Assembly: GCF_018350175.1 (NCBI RefSeq)
Contig: NC_058383.1
Coordinates: 5,396,001-5,460,000, forward strand
Direction: 5' to 3'
Source of the DNA: Felis catus
Taxonomy: Eukaryota
Length of the DNA stretch: 64,000 nt
In this document: positions 12,570 to 27,500 of the stretch, piece by piece
Layout of the letters: each line of letters starts with the position of its first letter
How positions within the stretch are numbered: position 1 is the first letter of the stretch
Notes under the pieces: model-generated
The model's database searches: none
What the model saw: the letters and a program-made list of their open reading frames with translations, nothing else
Told to the model about the DNA's origin: nothing
Made by a program: the position numbers and the translations under genes

Positions 12570-15500
12570 CTGCAAAAGACAGAAACAGGGAGTGAGAAAC
12601 AGAGGTTTTCACTGGAAAGGTTCTATGACACAGACTGGTCCCTTAAACTCTTCTGGAATACAGCTAGCTGCCAGCAAATGGCCGCCATTTGCCGACCTTC
12701 AGTCTCAGGCCTGGGCAAGAAACGTTCATGAGTCAAGACAATGGGGAAAAAAAGCCTACTGTCCCTGGGACCTCAGTGCCGTGTCACAGCCACAGGCCAC
12801 TCCTCCGGGCCCGGGAAGTGCACGCCCAGCCCCGCAAGCGCCTGAGACACCCACAGGCTGGGGGCTGCAGCCCAAGTCTAAAATGTTGGGTGCCACGCCC
12901 CAGAAACCCTAGCTGCCACCCGGGCCGTAGTTCAAGTGCTCCGCGGAGGCGGCGCCATCGTGACGCCACTCAATTCCCACTGCACCTGGGGCCGCGTTTC
13001 CTGCGGTTTCTAACGCGCACGAGTCTCACTAGAGGCACCGATGGGAGAGACGAACCGTGTCCCAGCAGACACGTGCGGAGAATGAAACCTCAAACCTCAC
13101 TGTTGTCCATGCGGCGCTCTCCCAAACGTCCCACTCCTTGCTCCAGGCCGTATACGGTGCAGCAAGGGAGCGGAGGCCGTGAAGGGGACACGCTCCCCCC
13201 TCCGCCAGCGCAAAGAGCTGTGAGGATCAGCCAAGGCCGGTGCTGGAACAATGCACGCACGGGGGCCTGGAAGCTGCCAGTGAACCGGCCCGCCCTGCCA
13301 CGGGCTGGGTCTTCATCACTGGGGATCAGAGTGGACATCTGTATACACACTGTATGAAGCCACAGGATTTTTTTTTTCTTTTAGCATTACAGAAAATCAT
13401 TTCCTTTGGCCGGTGCCAAGTTTCCGAAACACAGGGACATTTTCCACAGGAAACGTGAAAACTTTTTCAAGGAACTCTTTCAAGGAACTGTGCTTCTGGA
13501 GAACACAGGATGGACCAAAGGACGGTTTCCTTTGACATCAACAGCCGTGTCTCCTCTCTAGCGGGTTTCCGACCACAGTGAAAGGACAGACAGCGGCCAA
13601 GTTCTGCACCACGCCCAGCTTCTATTTACCATTTACTTCAATCAGGTTTGCATTTTTTTGATTCAGGATAACATACAGCTCCCGCTGGTCAGACTTCTTC
13701 CCGACCACCCAGTAGTCGCTCATTGCTTTTACGATGATCTCCTCGTCTTCATCCACTCTGCAAGACAAGGGTTCCAACAGGCAACAGTGTGTTAACTGTT
13801 TAGCTGCAGCGTGAGCGACACACACTCTCAAGAGAAACCGGAAACTAGGGGCGCCTGGGTGGCTTAGTTCACGGAGTGTCGACTCTTGATTTTGGATCAG
13901 GTCATGATCTCACGGTATGGTTTGTGAGACCGAGCCCCGCATCAGGCTCTGTGCTCTCGGCTGATTCTCTCTCTCAAACATTAAAAAACTAAAGCAAAAA
14001 CCTTTGAAGAAAAACAAAAGAAACCAGAAACTAGCCATCTGAAAAGTCTGGGGAGTCCCGTGCAAGTGGCCAGTGACCCGGGGGCCTCCTCTACTCTGTT
14101 CGCAAGTGGGGCCCTCTGCAGCGGCTCTGGGCTGCTCGGCTTCGGTGAGGATTCCTTCAGCGCCTCTTCTCCCATTAGAAAGAGGACACCTCGGGGCACC
14201 TGGGTGGCTCAGTCGGTTAAGCGGCCAACTTCGGCTCAGGTCATGATCTCACGGTCCGTGAGTTCGAGCTCCACGCCGGGCTCTGTGCTGACAGCTCAGA
14301 GCCTGGAGCCTGCTTCAGATTCTGTGTCTCCCTCTCTCTCTGACCCTCCCCCGTTCATGCTCTGTCTCTGTCTCAAAAATAAATAAACGTTAAAAAAAAA
14401 AAAATTAAAAAAAAAAAGGGGGGGGGGGACACCTAATCTGAGAAGTCCGAATTCAAGAAGTTGTTCAAATTACCTGGTAAAGTCACTGTTGATGTCACCC
14501 AGAATCTTCATCAAATCTGGATGCACGGATGTGAGTGACACACTAGGGGTTTTCCTCATGTGAATTGTACTTTTCTCTGCTAAATTCATATGGTTGAAGT
14601 AGATAAACTTAAACTGGGGCTCTTTCTCAGACCTGTGAAAACATGTCATCAAAATGGTAACGTTCTCAAAGAATAATTCTCCAAACAATACAACCACATT
14701 GTTAAAACCTTAAATCCATGTAGCTACGTAAGGCCTTGTATTTTCGACGTCTGGGCCTTCAAATCAAGAATCTCAGTGAAGACGTAACAGGCTCTTCGTT
14801 CCCTAGTAACTTATTTGAGATCCATGAGGTATTCAATAGGATGGAATTTTCCAGAAAGCTGAAGCTTAGCTTTTGAAAAACCAGTACTATAACCACTTTG
14901 CAATAACAGTGCTTTGGAAATGGCAATCACTTGATTATTTGCTGCATTTTGAATTTTTGGAAATAAATGCAAACTCAATACAGGCCATCTGTCTTCCAGC
15001 AGAGGGGTCAGCAAACAGATTAGTGGCCCTGGGACCAAATGTGGCCTTTTTTTTTTTAAATCAAGTTTTATTGCAACGTGGCCATCCCCGTATGTTCGGG
15101 TATTGTCTATGGCCACTTTCTGCAACATATACAGCCGAAAGAATCTGAAATATGTATTATTAGGCCCTGTGCAGAAGTTGTTTGCTGACCTGTTTTAGGA
15201 GAGTGACAGCTCATTTATCTCCGTCCTGGGGGATGAACGTGCCATGCCCCCTGTGTTTAATCTGCCACAGAACTGAAGTTGGCTAGTCTGAGTCACAAAG
15301 CTCTCATCACCCTAAATGGAGACCATTCTGAGGCGTTTGAGGCGCTTCTGCTGAACCGTGATGAATATTTTCATTGGAATACATCTTATTATTTGGAATG
15401 GCTGGACAATGCTACTCTGCCGCCTCCCGGGTCAGAGGCCGGACCCCTCGGGGAACCACTCCGATGGCCGGGCCACAGCTCCCGGGGCCTCCCACCCTCC

Positions 15501-18500
15501 CTCTCACTGCACCCTTACTTAAGTGACACTCGGGGGTCTGGGGACAGCCTGAGCAGCCCTGCCACTGGAGGGGGCTCAGAAGCCTTCTCTGCTTACTTCA
15601 GGGTTAGCAGCCATGTTCTGGTGGGCTGAGGGTGCCGGAAATCCGACCTCCGGAAAAGTGGGTTACTACTGTAATACTTTACATCTAGGCAAAGAAAGAA
15701 TGTGGATGGCTTAGTTTCCAGGAAAATGAAAAGAAAATTCTTACAAAACCAGAGTATGTTTTCAGTAGGCTCCTAAAACTAAGAACAGCAAGTATAACCC
15801 CAAGAAAAACTGGAAAGATGAAACATTTAAGATGCTTGGCCAGAGCTGTGAATTTAGTCGTCTGAGTAGACAAACTTCCACCCAACCCCGATCGGGCCTG
15901 CAGTTCCGGTCTTCTAACCCCAAAACCCTCTCTGTGGCCTCCCTCTTACCCTCATTCAGAATGTGTAAAATGCCTTCTCAGAAGATCTAAATTATTTCTT
16001 TGGTACCCCTCATGGAGATGTACATTAGCAAATGTTGTTCAGTGGTTAAGACAGGGGCCAATGTGGCCTCTTTCCACCGCCTTCCACGAGGAGAACACAG
16101 AGAAACAGAAAAACTGCTACTTGCCCTTTCACTGTTAACTTGCACCGCTGAAGAAGGAGAGGCCCACTCACAGTGAAAACAGGACAATGTCCACCCTACA
16201 GGCTTCTTAGCTACATCCAAAGCACCATGTGACCAACGGTGAGCTGGTCTGGAAGGAGCAGCCACGGTCACCTGGTATCTTTTCCCAAGAGCTAACACGG
16301 ACGCCTCTTAAACACCCAAAGCATGTTTCCCCCTAAACACAGAAACGCAAATTTCTTGCCGCCTTAAAAAAGAACACGCTGCATATGGTTAATGACATCA
16401 ATGTAAAACACACTGAACCCGGGGAAATAGTACAGAATTCTTGCTGACGGTTTGTTAGGAGGTTAGGCTGACAAGACAGGAGCACAGTAATGACAGCCTC
16501 GAAGAACACGGGAAGGTGGGGCCTGTCTTAAGTGGTTGCATTCTACGCTGAGTGTCCGCTAATTTTTTTAAAAAGATTTTCTGTTTTCTGTCTGCCCTCT
16601 GCCCCTTTCTTTTACTACTGGTAGAAAACCCAAGTAGCTGTGATTGGCAGGGTCACAGGGACGTTTCCCATGAGTAAACGGCATCAGTTTTAGGAGACAT
16701 TTAAGGACCAGGTACGTGAACACCTAGCCAAACCTCAGAGGCGGGCCAGGGAAGGTCACTGCAGGCTCTGAACCAAGGGAGGAGGTCAGCAGATGTCCAG
16801 CAGGTGTTTGACCACTTGCAGCATTTCCCTGGGGACGTCAACGGCTGGCTGGGGCCCCGAGACCATCTGGTGGCTTGACCTGTTCTGGGCCTCGTTCCAG
16901 GCGGCTAAGGTTTGCCAGACGCACGGTTTCTAAGTGAGGATGGTCATTCCACACTTAACAAACCAAACAAAAAGGGAAGATTCCGAATTGACCAATATGG
17001 ATATTGTAAGAAGGAAAACTGGTCTTCATGTGGGAGTTACATGTTACAGCTATTGCTCCTCTGCGTGTCCAGGGGGATTAGGAAGGGAGGCACAGCTGAG
17101 CCTTGGACTATGCCCGTGAACCGCGCCCTGGAAGGAAGGCTTCCCTGCCCGCGCTCCCCCAGCACCACCTCTGCACGCCCGCCAGGCCAACCCACCGCCC
17201 TCGCCTTCTTCCTGCCTGGCATCCCGTCCTGGATCCCATCGTTACCAACACTCAGTCCACGGTTGCACTCCTCACTTCTTGTAGAAAGCCTAACGTCCTC
17301 AACCTCTGGAGCAACTGGGTTGAGCTCCCCCCCCCCCCAATTCATTCAAAAAGACTGATGAAAAGGATTATAAAAATTGCCCACAGCTATGAGGGGCAGC
17401 CTTTTTAAAGTAGGCTTTGCGCTCAGTGCAGAGCCCATCGTGAGGCTTGAAATCACGACCCTGAGATCAAGAGTTGGAAGCTTACCTGATTTCACCATCC
17501 AGGTGCCCCAAGGGTCTCCTTTGCTAATACCTCTGTACTTCGCCCTCCTCACACCTTTTCAAATTCAGTATCACAACTAGCCAGTGAAGAGACATATGCA
17601 AAATAGAAACGAACGTCTCAGACTCAGCAAAGTCTCAATTTGGGGGAAAACTTCTTAAGTTAGAGCGCTGCCTCTAGTCCTTAAAAATTCCAGGTGAAAT
17701 GGATGAAAGACCTAAATGTGAGACAAAACCATCAAAACCCTAGAGGAGAAAACAGGCAACAACCTCTCTGACCTCAGCCGCAGCAATTTTTTGCTTGACA
17801 CGTCTCCAAAGGCAAGGGAATTAAAAGCAAAAATGAACTACTGGGACTTTATCAAGATAAAAAGCTTCTGCAATACAAAGGGAACAATCAACAAAACTAA
17901 AAGGCAACCGATGGAATGGGAAAAGATATTTGCAAATGACATATGGAACAAAGGGCTAGTATCCAAATCTATCAAGAGCCCACCAAACTCCACACCCGAA
18001 AAATAAATAATCCAGTGAAGAAATGGGCAGAAAATATGAATAGACACTTCTCTAAAGAAGACATCCAGATGGCCAACAGGCACATGAAAAGATGCTCAAC
18101 GTCACTCCTCATCAGGGAACTACAAATCAAAACCACACTGAGATACCACCTCACGCCAGTCAGAGTGGCTAAAATGAACAAATCAGGAGACTATAGATGC
18201 TGGCGAGGAAGTGGAGAAACGGGAACCCTCTTGCACTGCTGGTGGGAATGCAAACTGGTGCAGCCACTCTGGAGAATAGTGTGGAGGTTCCTCAAAAAAA
18301 TAAAAATAGATCTACCCTATGACCCAGCAATAGTGCTACTGGGAATTTATCCAAGGGACACAGGAGTGCTGATGCACAGGGGCACATGTACCCCAATGTT
18401 TACAGCAGCACTTTCAACAATAGCCAAATTATGGAAAGAGCCTAAATGTAAATGTCCCTTGACTGATGAATAGATGAATAAGATGTGGTTTATATATATT

Positions 18501-21500
18501 ATGCATGTTTATATATACAGTGGAATACTACTTGGCAATGGGAAAGCATGAAATCCTGCCATTTGTAGCAATGTGGATGGAACTGGAAGGTATTATGCTG
18601 AGTGAAATTAAGTCCATCAGAGAAAGACAGATACTGTATGTTTTCACTCACACGTGGATCCTGAGAAACTTAACAGAAGACCATGGGGGATGGGAATGGG
18701 GAAAAATAGTTATTAACAGAGAGGGAAGAAGGCAAACCATCAAAGACTCTTAAATACAGAAAACAAACTGAGGGTAGACAGCAGGGAGGGGGGAATGGGT
18801 GATGGGCACTGAGGAGGGCACTTGCTGGGATGAGCACTGCGTGCTGTATGGGAAGCGATGAACCACGGGAATCTACTCCCAAAACCAAGAGCACACTGTA
18901 CACGCTGTATGTTAGCCAATTTCATAATAAACTATATTTAAAAAAAATTCCAGGTGAATTAAATGGAGACACAGAAGATAAAACCATAAAAGCCCCTGAG
19001 ATAAAAATGACACATTCTTAGGCTACTGGGGTGGAAAATCACAAGCATGACCGTGAAAACAGAAACCTAGAGGGAACGACTAATAAAAATGACTACGTAT
19101 AAGCCCCAAACATATTATAACAGTAAAACCAAAGTTAGAAAAACACGTATGATATGACCGAAGGGTATTACGTTAATAGCACTGACGTAGAAGAAAGGAT
19201 ACGAAGCACTTCAGTGGGAAGAGCCAATGGACCCAGACTGGCAATTTGTGGAAGAGACAGAACCACCAACCTCGGCGTCACCTATCAGGCATCAAGGCAT
19301 GACACGGAGAGCTAGGGCTGTAGCCCCTGTGGGAGAGGACTCACACTGTCACTATGCATTCCCTGTGCCCCAGACCTCCACTCCAGGGACAGGTCCTAAG
19401 AGGATGGGTAGATGTCTGCACCAGACTGTTTAATGCAGAACCATGTTAATGCTAACAGCCAGAGGCAGACTGCCCGTCGACTGGAACAGCGACTACACAG
19501 ACAGAACGCAAACAAACTATCCAAGTAAGTACCGTGAAGCCACGGAGCAGAATAGGCAGATCCGTATTTGTTGGTTGAAAATGATGTTCATGCCACATCG
19601 TTTTTACAAGCTAGAGATCTACAGCATGATCTATTTTTAAAAACCCATCAGTAAAGGGGCATCTGGGTGGCTCAGTTGAGCATCCAACTCTTGGTTTCGG
19701 CTCAGGTCATGATCTCATGGTTTGTGGGATCGAGCCCCACTTTGGGCTCTGTGCTGACAGCATGGAGCCTGCTTAGGATTCTCTCTCTCAAAATAAATAA
19801 ACATTTTTAAAAAACCTATCAGTGAAGAACACTATATATACCACTGTTTATGTATGTGTATGTACAAGTCTAAAAAGATACAATATTTACACTTTTGAAT
19901 TTAAAAATAAGACCACAGGGCGCCTGGGTGGCTCAGTCGGTTGAGCGTCCGACTTCAGCTCAGGTCATGATCTCACAGTCCGTGAGTTCGAGACCCGCGT
20001 CGGGCTCTGTGCTGACAGCTCGGAGCCTGGAGCCTGCTTCAGATTCTGCGTCTCCCTCTCCCTCTGCCCCTCCCCTCCTCACGCACTCTGTCTCTCAATA
20101 ATAAATAAATGTTAAAAAATAAATAAAAATAAGGACATAAATTACTCTCAAAAAAAGTAAAGGTTTAAAATAATTGAACTCTAAGTCCTTGAGTAGAAAA
20201 AAGTTGAGGCATCATACAACAGAAACCAAAGACCAAACAAACCCACTTCATGCCATTCTGTAAAGGGGTGACCTCAATTTCACAAGGAACATTAAAAGCT
20301 GTAGCTTATGTGTAGGGATTCGACATTAAATATTACGCCCAGAGCTGGCCCTATGGGTGCTGTCCAGTGGGGGTGGGGCTGAGACAACAGGCGGGCACGG
20401 AGGCCCTGGCGCTGACCCGTCCTGCTGCGTGCAGCATCCCCCCACCTCTCAGCAACTGTCTGGAGGGGCCGACGTGGGGGTCTCTTGCCTCCCTCAGGCC
20501 GCCCTCCCATTTCTCTGCGACGTGTCTCCCAGGTCCTGGGACTGGCATGTAAAACGGTCTGATCTGGGTCAGGAGGATTTCCAGGAGAAAAGCACAGTAT
20601 CTTCTGTACTCAAAAGCATTTCCCTCTAGTCAGCTGATACTTATGGTTTGGCAAGTGAGAGCCGCTTACATATAAAATCTCAGATGCATCCTTAAGGTCA
20701 ACTTAAAAAAAAAAATTTTTTTTTTTACGCTTATTTTTGAGAGAGAGAGAGAGGGAGAGCACAAGCAGGGGAGGCGAAGAGAGAGGGAGACAGAGGATCT
20801 GAAGCGGGTTCTGCGCTGACAGCAGAGAGCCCAATGCGGGGCTCAAACTTAGGAACCCGGGAGTCGAGAGATCACAACCTGAGCTAAAGTCGGACGCTTA
20901 GCCGACTGAGCCACCCAGGTGCCCCAAAATCAACTTTCGAAGTCAAGAACAATACGCCTCTGAGTCCCTGTGCTTCGGCACACCCTTAAATTGTATGCTT
21001 TACCATCAAGTCTTCCAGGCGCCCCACCTTTCAGGGACTGCTGAGGCTACACAGTGGTTCTGGTAACTGTCAGAAACCGTCCTCCGTGACAGACGGAGCT
21101 GTGCCAAACCATACACGGCAAAGTGTTAACCATGGAATCTACGTGGGGGCTGTGTGTTCACGGAGTCATTTTTCCACCTTCCTATATCTGGAAATTTTCC
21201 TAATAAAATATCAGAGAGAAAACTGTTTCTAATGAAAATAGATAAGTAGATAATATCCAAGGCCCTGTCCTTTCTTGAAACTGTACCAATTTGGGGAAAA
21301 AAATCTTCCTTCCTTTAGCCCTTAAAAATTCCAGGTGAATTAAAGATCGAAACACAGAAGATAAAACCATGAAAGTTTTGGAGATAAAAGTGGCAGTTTT
21401 TTGGGGTTTTTTAGTTTATGTTTTAAGAGAGAGCAACAGAGGGCAGAGAGAGAGGGAGAGGGGGAGGGAGGGAGGGAGGGAGGAAGGGAGGGGGGAGAGA

Positions 21501-24500
21501 GGGAGAGAGGGAGAGAGGGAGAGAGGGAGAGAGGGAGAGAGGGAGAGAGGGAGAGAGGGAGAGAGGGAGAGAGGGAGAGGGAGAGAGACAGAGAATGAAT
21601 GAATGAATCCCAAGGCTCCACACTGTCAGCACACAGCCCCCACGTGGGGCTCAAATTCATCAACCATGAGATCGTGACTTGAGCCGAAATCAAAAGTTGG
21701 ACTCTTAACCGACTGAGCCACCCAGGTGCCCCCCATAAATGGTATATTTTTACGATACTGGGGTGGAAAGCCTCAGATATGACACTCAAGACAGAAATCT
21801 AATGGAAATGACTAGTAAAATGGACTACATGTAAATCTCCAATTGTATATTATAAAACCCGGCAAAACCAAAGTTAAAAAAGGGAAAAATGGGTGTGATT
21901 TCCGTACAACCCCGAGGGCAGTGGGGCAGAAGGTGCCTGACGGCAGGACCACCTCCCACGTCTGTCGCCGAGTTACTGCACATACGGCACGTGGGAAGCA
22001 CAGGCAGACGTGCCCAGCAGTGTCCCCGGGTCTTGGGGAAGCAGGGAGCTTCACTCTCCCTCGCTCCACTCAACAGTTCGTGCTCGCACGGTACCAAACA
22101 GATCTGACTCCTGCTTCCTTCAGAAAAGACCATCTGGCAGTTTCGTGGTGAAAACCTTAGACGACGAAGCAGCACTGAAAGACGGAGCGGGCAGGTGCGC
22201 TCACTTCTCGGCTTTATCTTTTCTCACGCCCAGTAAGCTGCGGCCGGGAACAATCCCCACACAGACACGCAGCCCACGCACACCTCCACCTGCACCCTGC
22301 CTGGGACCTCTCCACAGGCTGGTGCTTACGTAAGACCACACCCAGCAGGAGATCACCCTAAACACAGGTTATACGTAAATTCACGTTAGTAACTTCTCAA
22401 AATACGGGCGCCCATATGAAGAGGGCTTTTATTTCTCAAAGTACTTCCCCTGTGCTCACTTCATCTTTCCAGCAATCTGACCTTACACTAAGAGAGGAGG
22501 AGGAGGTTCAAGGACTCTCCAGTGTTCTCAGAACCAACGGGAGTTTAACGTGAGTCTCCCGATACTCGAGCGAGGGCCCTGCAAGGCACGAGACTCAGGC
22601 CCGGCGCCCTAAGGGCCCACATCACACCTACCTTCACCCCACACATTTCTGCACAAGAGGCAAAGTGCTTTCTGTCCCCAAGAGGCAGAACCCTTCTGGT
22701 TACCACTGCCAGTGTGAATTTCACAACTGGGCTGGTCAAGGGGGATGTGAGGGGTCCTCACGAGGTCCAGCCCACAGGCACAGCCAACACACCGAACCCC
22801 GTAGTTTACGCCACAGTCAGGGGAGAGTTGAGGGAACGTGTCCACAGAAGACTCAGCCCCACCCCCCATCGTGGAGGAGGAAAACTCAGTAACAGTTCTC
22901 CAGGGAGCTTTTCAGACAGGAGTGAACCACACATTTTTTCTCTGGATTCAGAAAAAACACCGTTGATAATACGTATCATCCATATTCTTATATAAAAACT
23001 ACCCTTATTCTTCCCAAACCAGTTAAGTGCTAGAAAGTAAACACGAGAAGCAAAGTACAAACCCAGACATTCTTTTGTTGATGTTAAACTGCTCACAAAT
23101 GTCAGATGCCAGCACTGTGAGCTGGGGCCCAACAATGCTGTCCAGTCTTCGGCAAAAATCCAACGTGGGCTGTACAGAGGCTAACGAGTAATTTAAAAAA
23201 TAGTGTTATAATTCTTTGCGTTGAAAAGGTCAATATTCATCTAACTGTCTTAATTATAGTATTCCAATGAATACGTTTCTGATCTGGAAAATCAAACAAT
23301 TAAATGACTGGATTCCCCCCCCCCCCCAAACAAGAGAAAAAGAACAGTCAAAATCAGTTATATTTAAGGAGAGAAAGAGTCAAAGACTTGCCTCACTGTG
23401 AGTATCGATTTAAGCACACCCTGTGGGGCTGGCTGTAAATAGGTGGCCTACCCCAAGTAGGCCTAAGAAGGTCAAATAAACACGACGTGGCTCTCACAGG
23501 CCAGGTGCCGTCTGGTGCTTTACCAACATTACCTCATTGAATCCCCAAAGCCCCCTTTGCAAAAGGTCCTCTTGTGACATTTCACAGGCAGGGAGGCACA
23601 GAAAGGTGCCCAGGGCCAGCTGTTAGGAAGCAGGGAGGCTAGGATGTTAAATATATGAATGAGAGCTCATCACCACGGCAGAGATCACAGAGGTGAGCCA
23701 TGCTCACAAGGGCCTCTGTGACGGCATGGTTATTGTTTAGGAAGAGGACACGGCAAATTGTAAAGAGAAAAGGCTTATCTACACAGGCTCAAGTCAGATA
23801 CAGGTGGGTACCTACCATCAATCATAAAGCACACGGCTGCACTCATGGCCTGGGAAGAGAAAACAAGCCAAAGATTACAAAATGGCACCAAAAAGGACTC
23901 TGATAACCAAACGCAGTGGCCCTGCCTGAATTTGCAATTAAATCACCTTTTTTCTTTTTTTTTTTTGGTCAACTGGAGAAATGTGGACACGGAGTGCCTA
24001 TCGGGGACGCTAAGGAAGTGTTGTTGATTCTGTCAGCTGTGCTGGTGGTTAGGTGTCGTTATGTGAAAACAGACACCTTTATTAGAGCCAACTGAAGCCT
24101 TTATGAGTGAAATGACATGATCTAACATGCTCTAGCAAAAAACACACAGAGGAAACAGATGAGAGATTAGCATGCTGTTCATTCAATTAAGCTGTGTGAT
24201 GGGCGCCTGGGGATTCATTATTCCAGTGTCTATTTTTGCGTATGTTTGAAAATTTTCACGAGCAGTTAAAAAACCCCTAGCAAATGAATGTCTCCTTGTC
24301 TCCCTTCTGATCACAGCAAACGTTACAGTTACGACGTTGGCTACAGGAGCCAGACCAGGAATCAACCCAAAATGTTTCCATTTATCAGTATACGGTGTAT
24401 ACACGGTACACAGAACCTACGGCTTCATGGGAAAAAGCCACAGAGATCCTCCGGAGGCCCGCTCCTCTAGGCAGCCACTTCTGACCGTTTTAAATACCAA

Positions 24501-27500
24501 GGCTCGGGGCACCTGGGTGGCGCAGTCGGTTAAGCGTCCGACTTCAGCCAGGTCACGATCTCGCGGTCCGGGAGTTCGAGCCCCGCGTCGGGCTCTGGGC
24601 TGATGGCTCGGAGCCTGGAGCCTGCTTCCGATTCTGTGTCTCCCTCTCTCTCTGCCCCTCCCCTGTTCATGCTCTGTCTCTCTCTGTCCCAAAAAATAAA
24701 TAAAAAATAAACGTTGAAAAAAAAAATACCAAGGCTCTACCACTGTGACCTTCAGATGCCACACTGATTCCCTACTCGTACCATGACACAAGTGATCCTT
24801 CATCAGCCTTCCTCTTCTTCCCTGTCGTTCGGAGCACTCCAGTTTGTCCACTGGCCACCTTATGGTCCCAAATGGCCCATTTCTCACACCACATACCCAG
24901 GCATGAGCTCCTAGATTGCCATTTATCATTTTAAAAGTTCATTTGGGACAGAGGGTGAGCATGAGCCGAGAAGGGGCAGACAGAGAGGGAGAATCCCAAG
25001 CAGGATTCATGTTGCCAGCACAGAGCCTGACACGGGACTCAATCTCATGAACCATTAGATCATGACCTGAGCTGAAGTCTGATGCTTAACCGACTGAGCC
25101 ACCCAGGCGCCTGGGTTGCTGCTTTTTAAACGAGGACACTTAACCTTCCCCCATCTCTGCACCCCTCTCCACATCCACTTCCCCACCTCCAGCAGCTGTG
25201 ACTTTATTTTCACACACTCACACTTGAGAACGTCTGCACTACTTTGTAACTGAATCACAATTATCACCTGCCTATAAACAGGCTGCAAAACTGGGGGCTC
25301 ACAGGCGAGTTCCATCCAACAGGTGTTTCTTTCTGGGTAATTCTGACTTCGATGCCAACTAGTTTTCTACCAAAATTCCACCATCCAGCCTCTCCTGAAA
25401 TATCAGCCAACCTGGACCACTAGCTGTGCATTTCCAAGGTGCTACCTAGCGGATGTGAGTGGCCGCTGGCCTCCTTGCGACACGTACGACTCTGTTTCAC
25501 AGAGCCCTCCACCCTGAAGCCCCGTTCGCTTCAGGGCTAATGGGACCCATCTGCAGGGTCCCTGCGGGGATGAGCATGTGTGACCCTTCATGGGCTGACT
25601 TTTTAAAAGTGCCTTTCAAGACTCCGTTTAAAAACCTGAACTTTGACTACACAGAAAAGCACAGAGAATGGCACGATGAACCCAACAGACCATCACTTTC
25701 CCAACAACTGTCAGCTGACGGACTGTCCTGCCCACCCTCCCCACCTGCCACATGTTCATCTCAGACACCACCTCAGTTACTCCAGACACAGACCAGTAGG
25801 TATCTACAGAGGACCAGGACTCGGGAGCACATCCAAAATGGCAGCATGAGGAGGTCCACACTCTCTCTTCAAACACCGTAATTGGAGCAAATTATAAAAA
25901 ACAGTAATTTAAATTTCCAGAGGGAAACTGTTCTAAGGGCAAACGGCAAATGGAGGTCTGTTTCTTCAAGAAAATCTGAGTCTGAGTATTAACTTCAGAA
26001 CCGTCAACACATATACTAAAAAGAAGAAAGACCTCAAATCAAGAACTTCAACCTCCATCCTCAGATTTTGGAAAAAAGAAGAGCAAAGTAAACCTAAAGC
26101 AAGCAGAAGAAGAGAATGAAGATTAGAGCAGAAACAAATGAAATAGAGATAGAAAAATAATAGGAAAAATACCAAAAGTTGGTTCTCTGAAAAGATGAGC
26201 AAAACTGAAAAACCTTCAGCTAGATCAGCTAGACCAAGTGAAAAGGTGTAAACCACTGAACGAGCAATTGAAGAGGGGACATCACTACCGACTTATAGGG
26301 GAAAATAAGATTTTTAAGGCTTTAAAACTATGAAACATTCTATGTGAACCAACTGAAAAACAAGCAACATGAACAGATTCCTAGTGGGACATAAGCAACT
26401 GAAACAGACTCAAGAAGAAAGACAATAAAACCTGTAACAAGTACAGAGGCTAATAATTTTAAAACTTCCAATAAAGAAAAGCCCAGATATAGATGGTCTA
26501 CCGTGACCAAATACTCAAGGAACCAACAGTAGTCTTTCAGAACATCTTCCAAAAAACAGGAGAGGAGGAAACACTTTACAACTTACCCGGAGGCCAATTC
26601 TACCCTGATAGCAAGCAAAGCCAGACGATGATTCAAAAGGAAAGAAAAACCACAGGCCAACATCCCTTCGGGCCCTGAGCCCACCCGGCATCAGTGGACC
26701 TCTGGAGGCCAGTGACTCTGGCGGTCAGCTGAATATGCGTGGCCAACGCCCATCAAACACTCTGGACATCGAGGCCCATCAAGCTTCCCTGGATGACAAT
26801 TCCGCACACACATCACATGTCACCGCTGGCAGTAATAGGCCCTGCGCTGTCTGCACAGTTCCACCGCGAGAGGACAACTGGAAGCTTGCGCCCAGTGCCT
26901 CCTGGATCCTGCCCCGTGTGCCTCTTCCCCGGGCTGTCCTTCACCCATACTCCTTTGCTGTCATTAACTTTAACTGGGAGTGCACCGGCCACTCCGGGTA
27001 CTATGAGTGCCTCTAGCGAATTCCTGGCCTGACGGTGGTCCTGGGGGCTCCTGAGCCAGCAGTGTGTGTCCCAAGTGAGGGTGGTCCTGGGGACCCCTGC
27101 ACTGTGCGGTTAGAAACAACTGAACTGAATACATTAAAGAGGCAAACTATATGGTATGTGAACAACTCGATAAAGCTGTTTTGAGGAAAAGAGAACACCG
27201 TGAAGTAACTGTGATGTCCTCTCACCACATTTAAAATTCTATCTATTGATTTGACTCTAAAAATGGAAATCCAATAAGAGACTGTACCAGGGTATTTCTT
27301 CCATTAGTGTTCAAAGTCATTACCCCGAGTCACTCAGAGAAGAACGATTTTAAGTGTGACAGAGAGGCGGGCCCTTCCCTACCCCCGTATGCCACACTTC
27401 ACTTCGGTTCATTTTCAGACACATCTGTTTGTCTTCCCTGGAATTCTCTCCTTCTGGGCCCCTCCTTATGACACCCAACACTTAATCAAATCTCTTAGTC

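Noticed and set aside
12689..13357. 222-aa + strand ORF in the CpG-rich CCZ1 intron 14
   Set aside because: TTG start, Arg/Pro-rich composition expected from GC-rich DNA, no recognisable homology.
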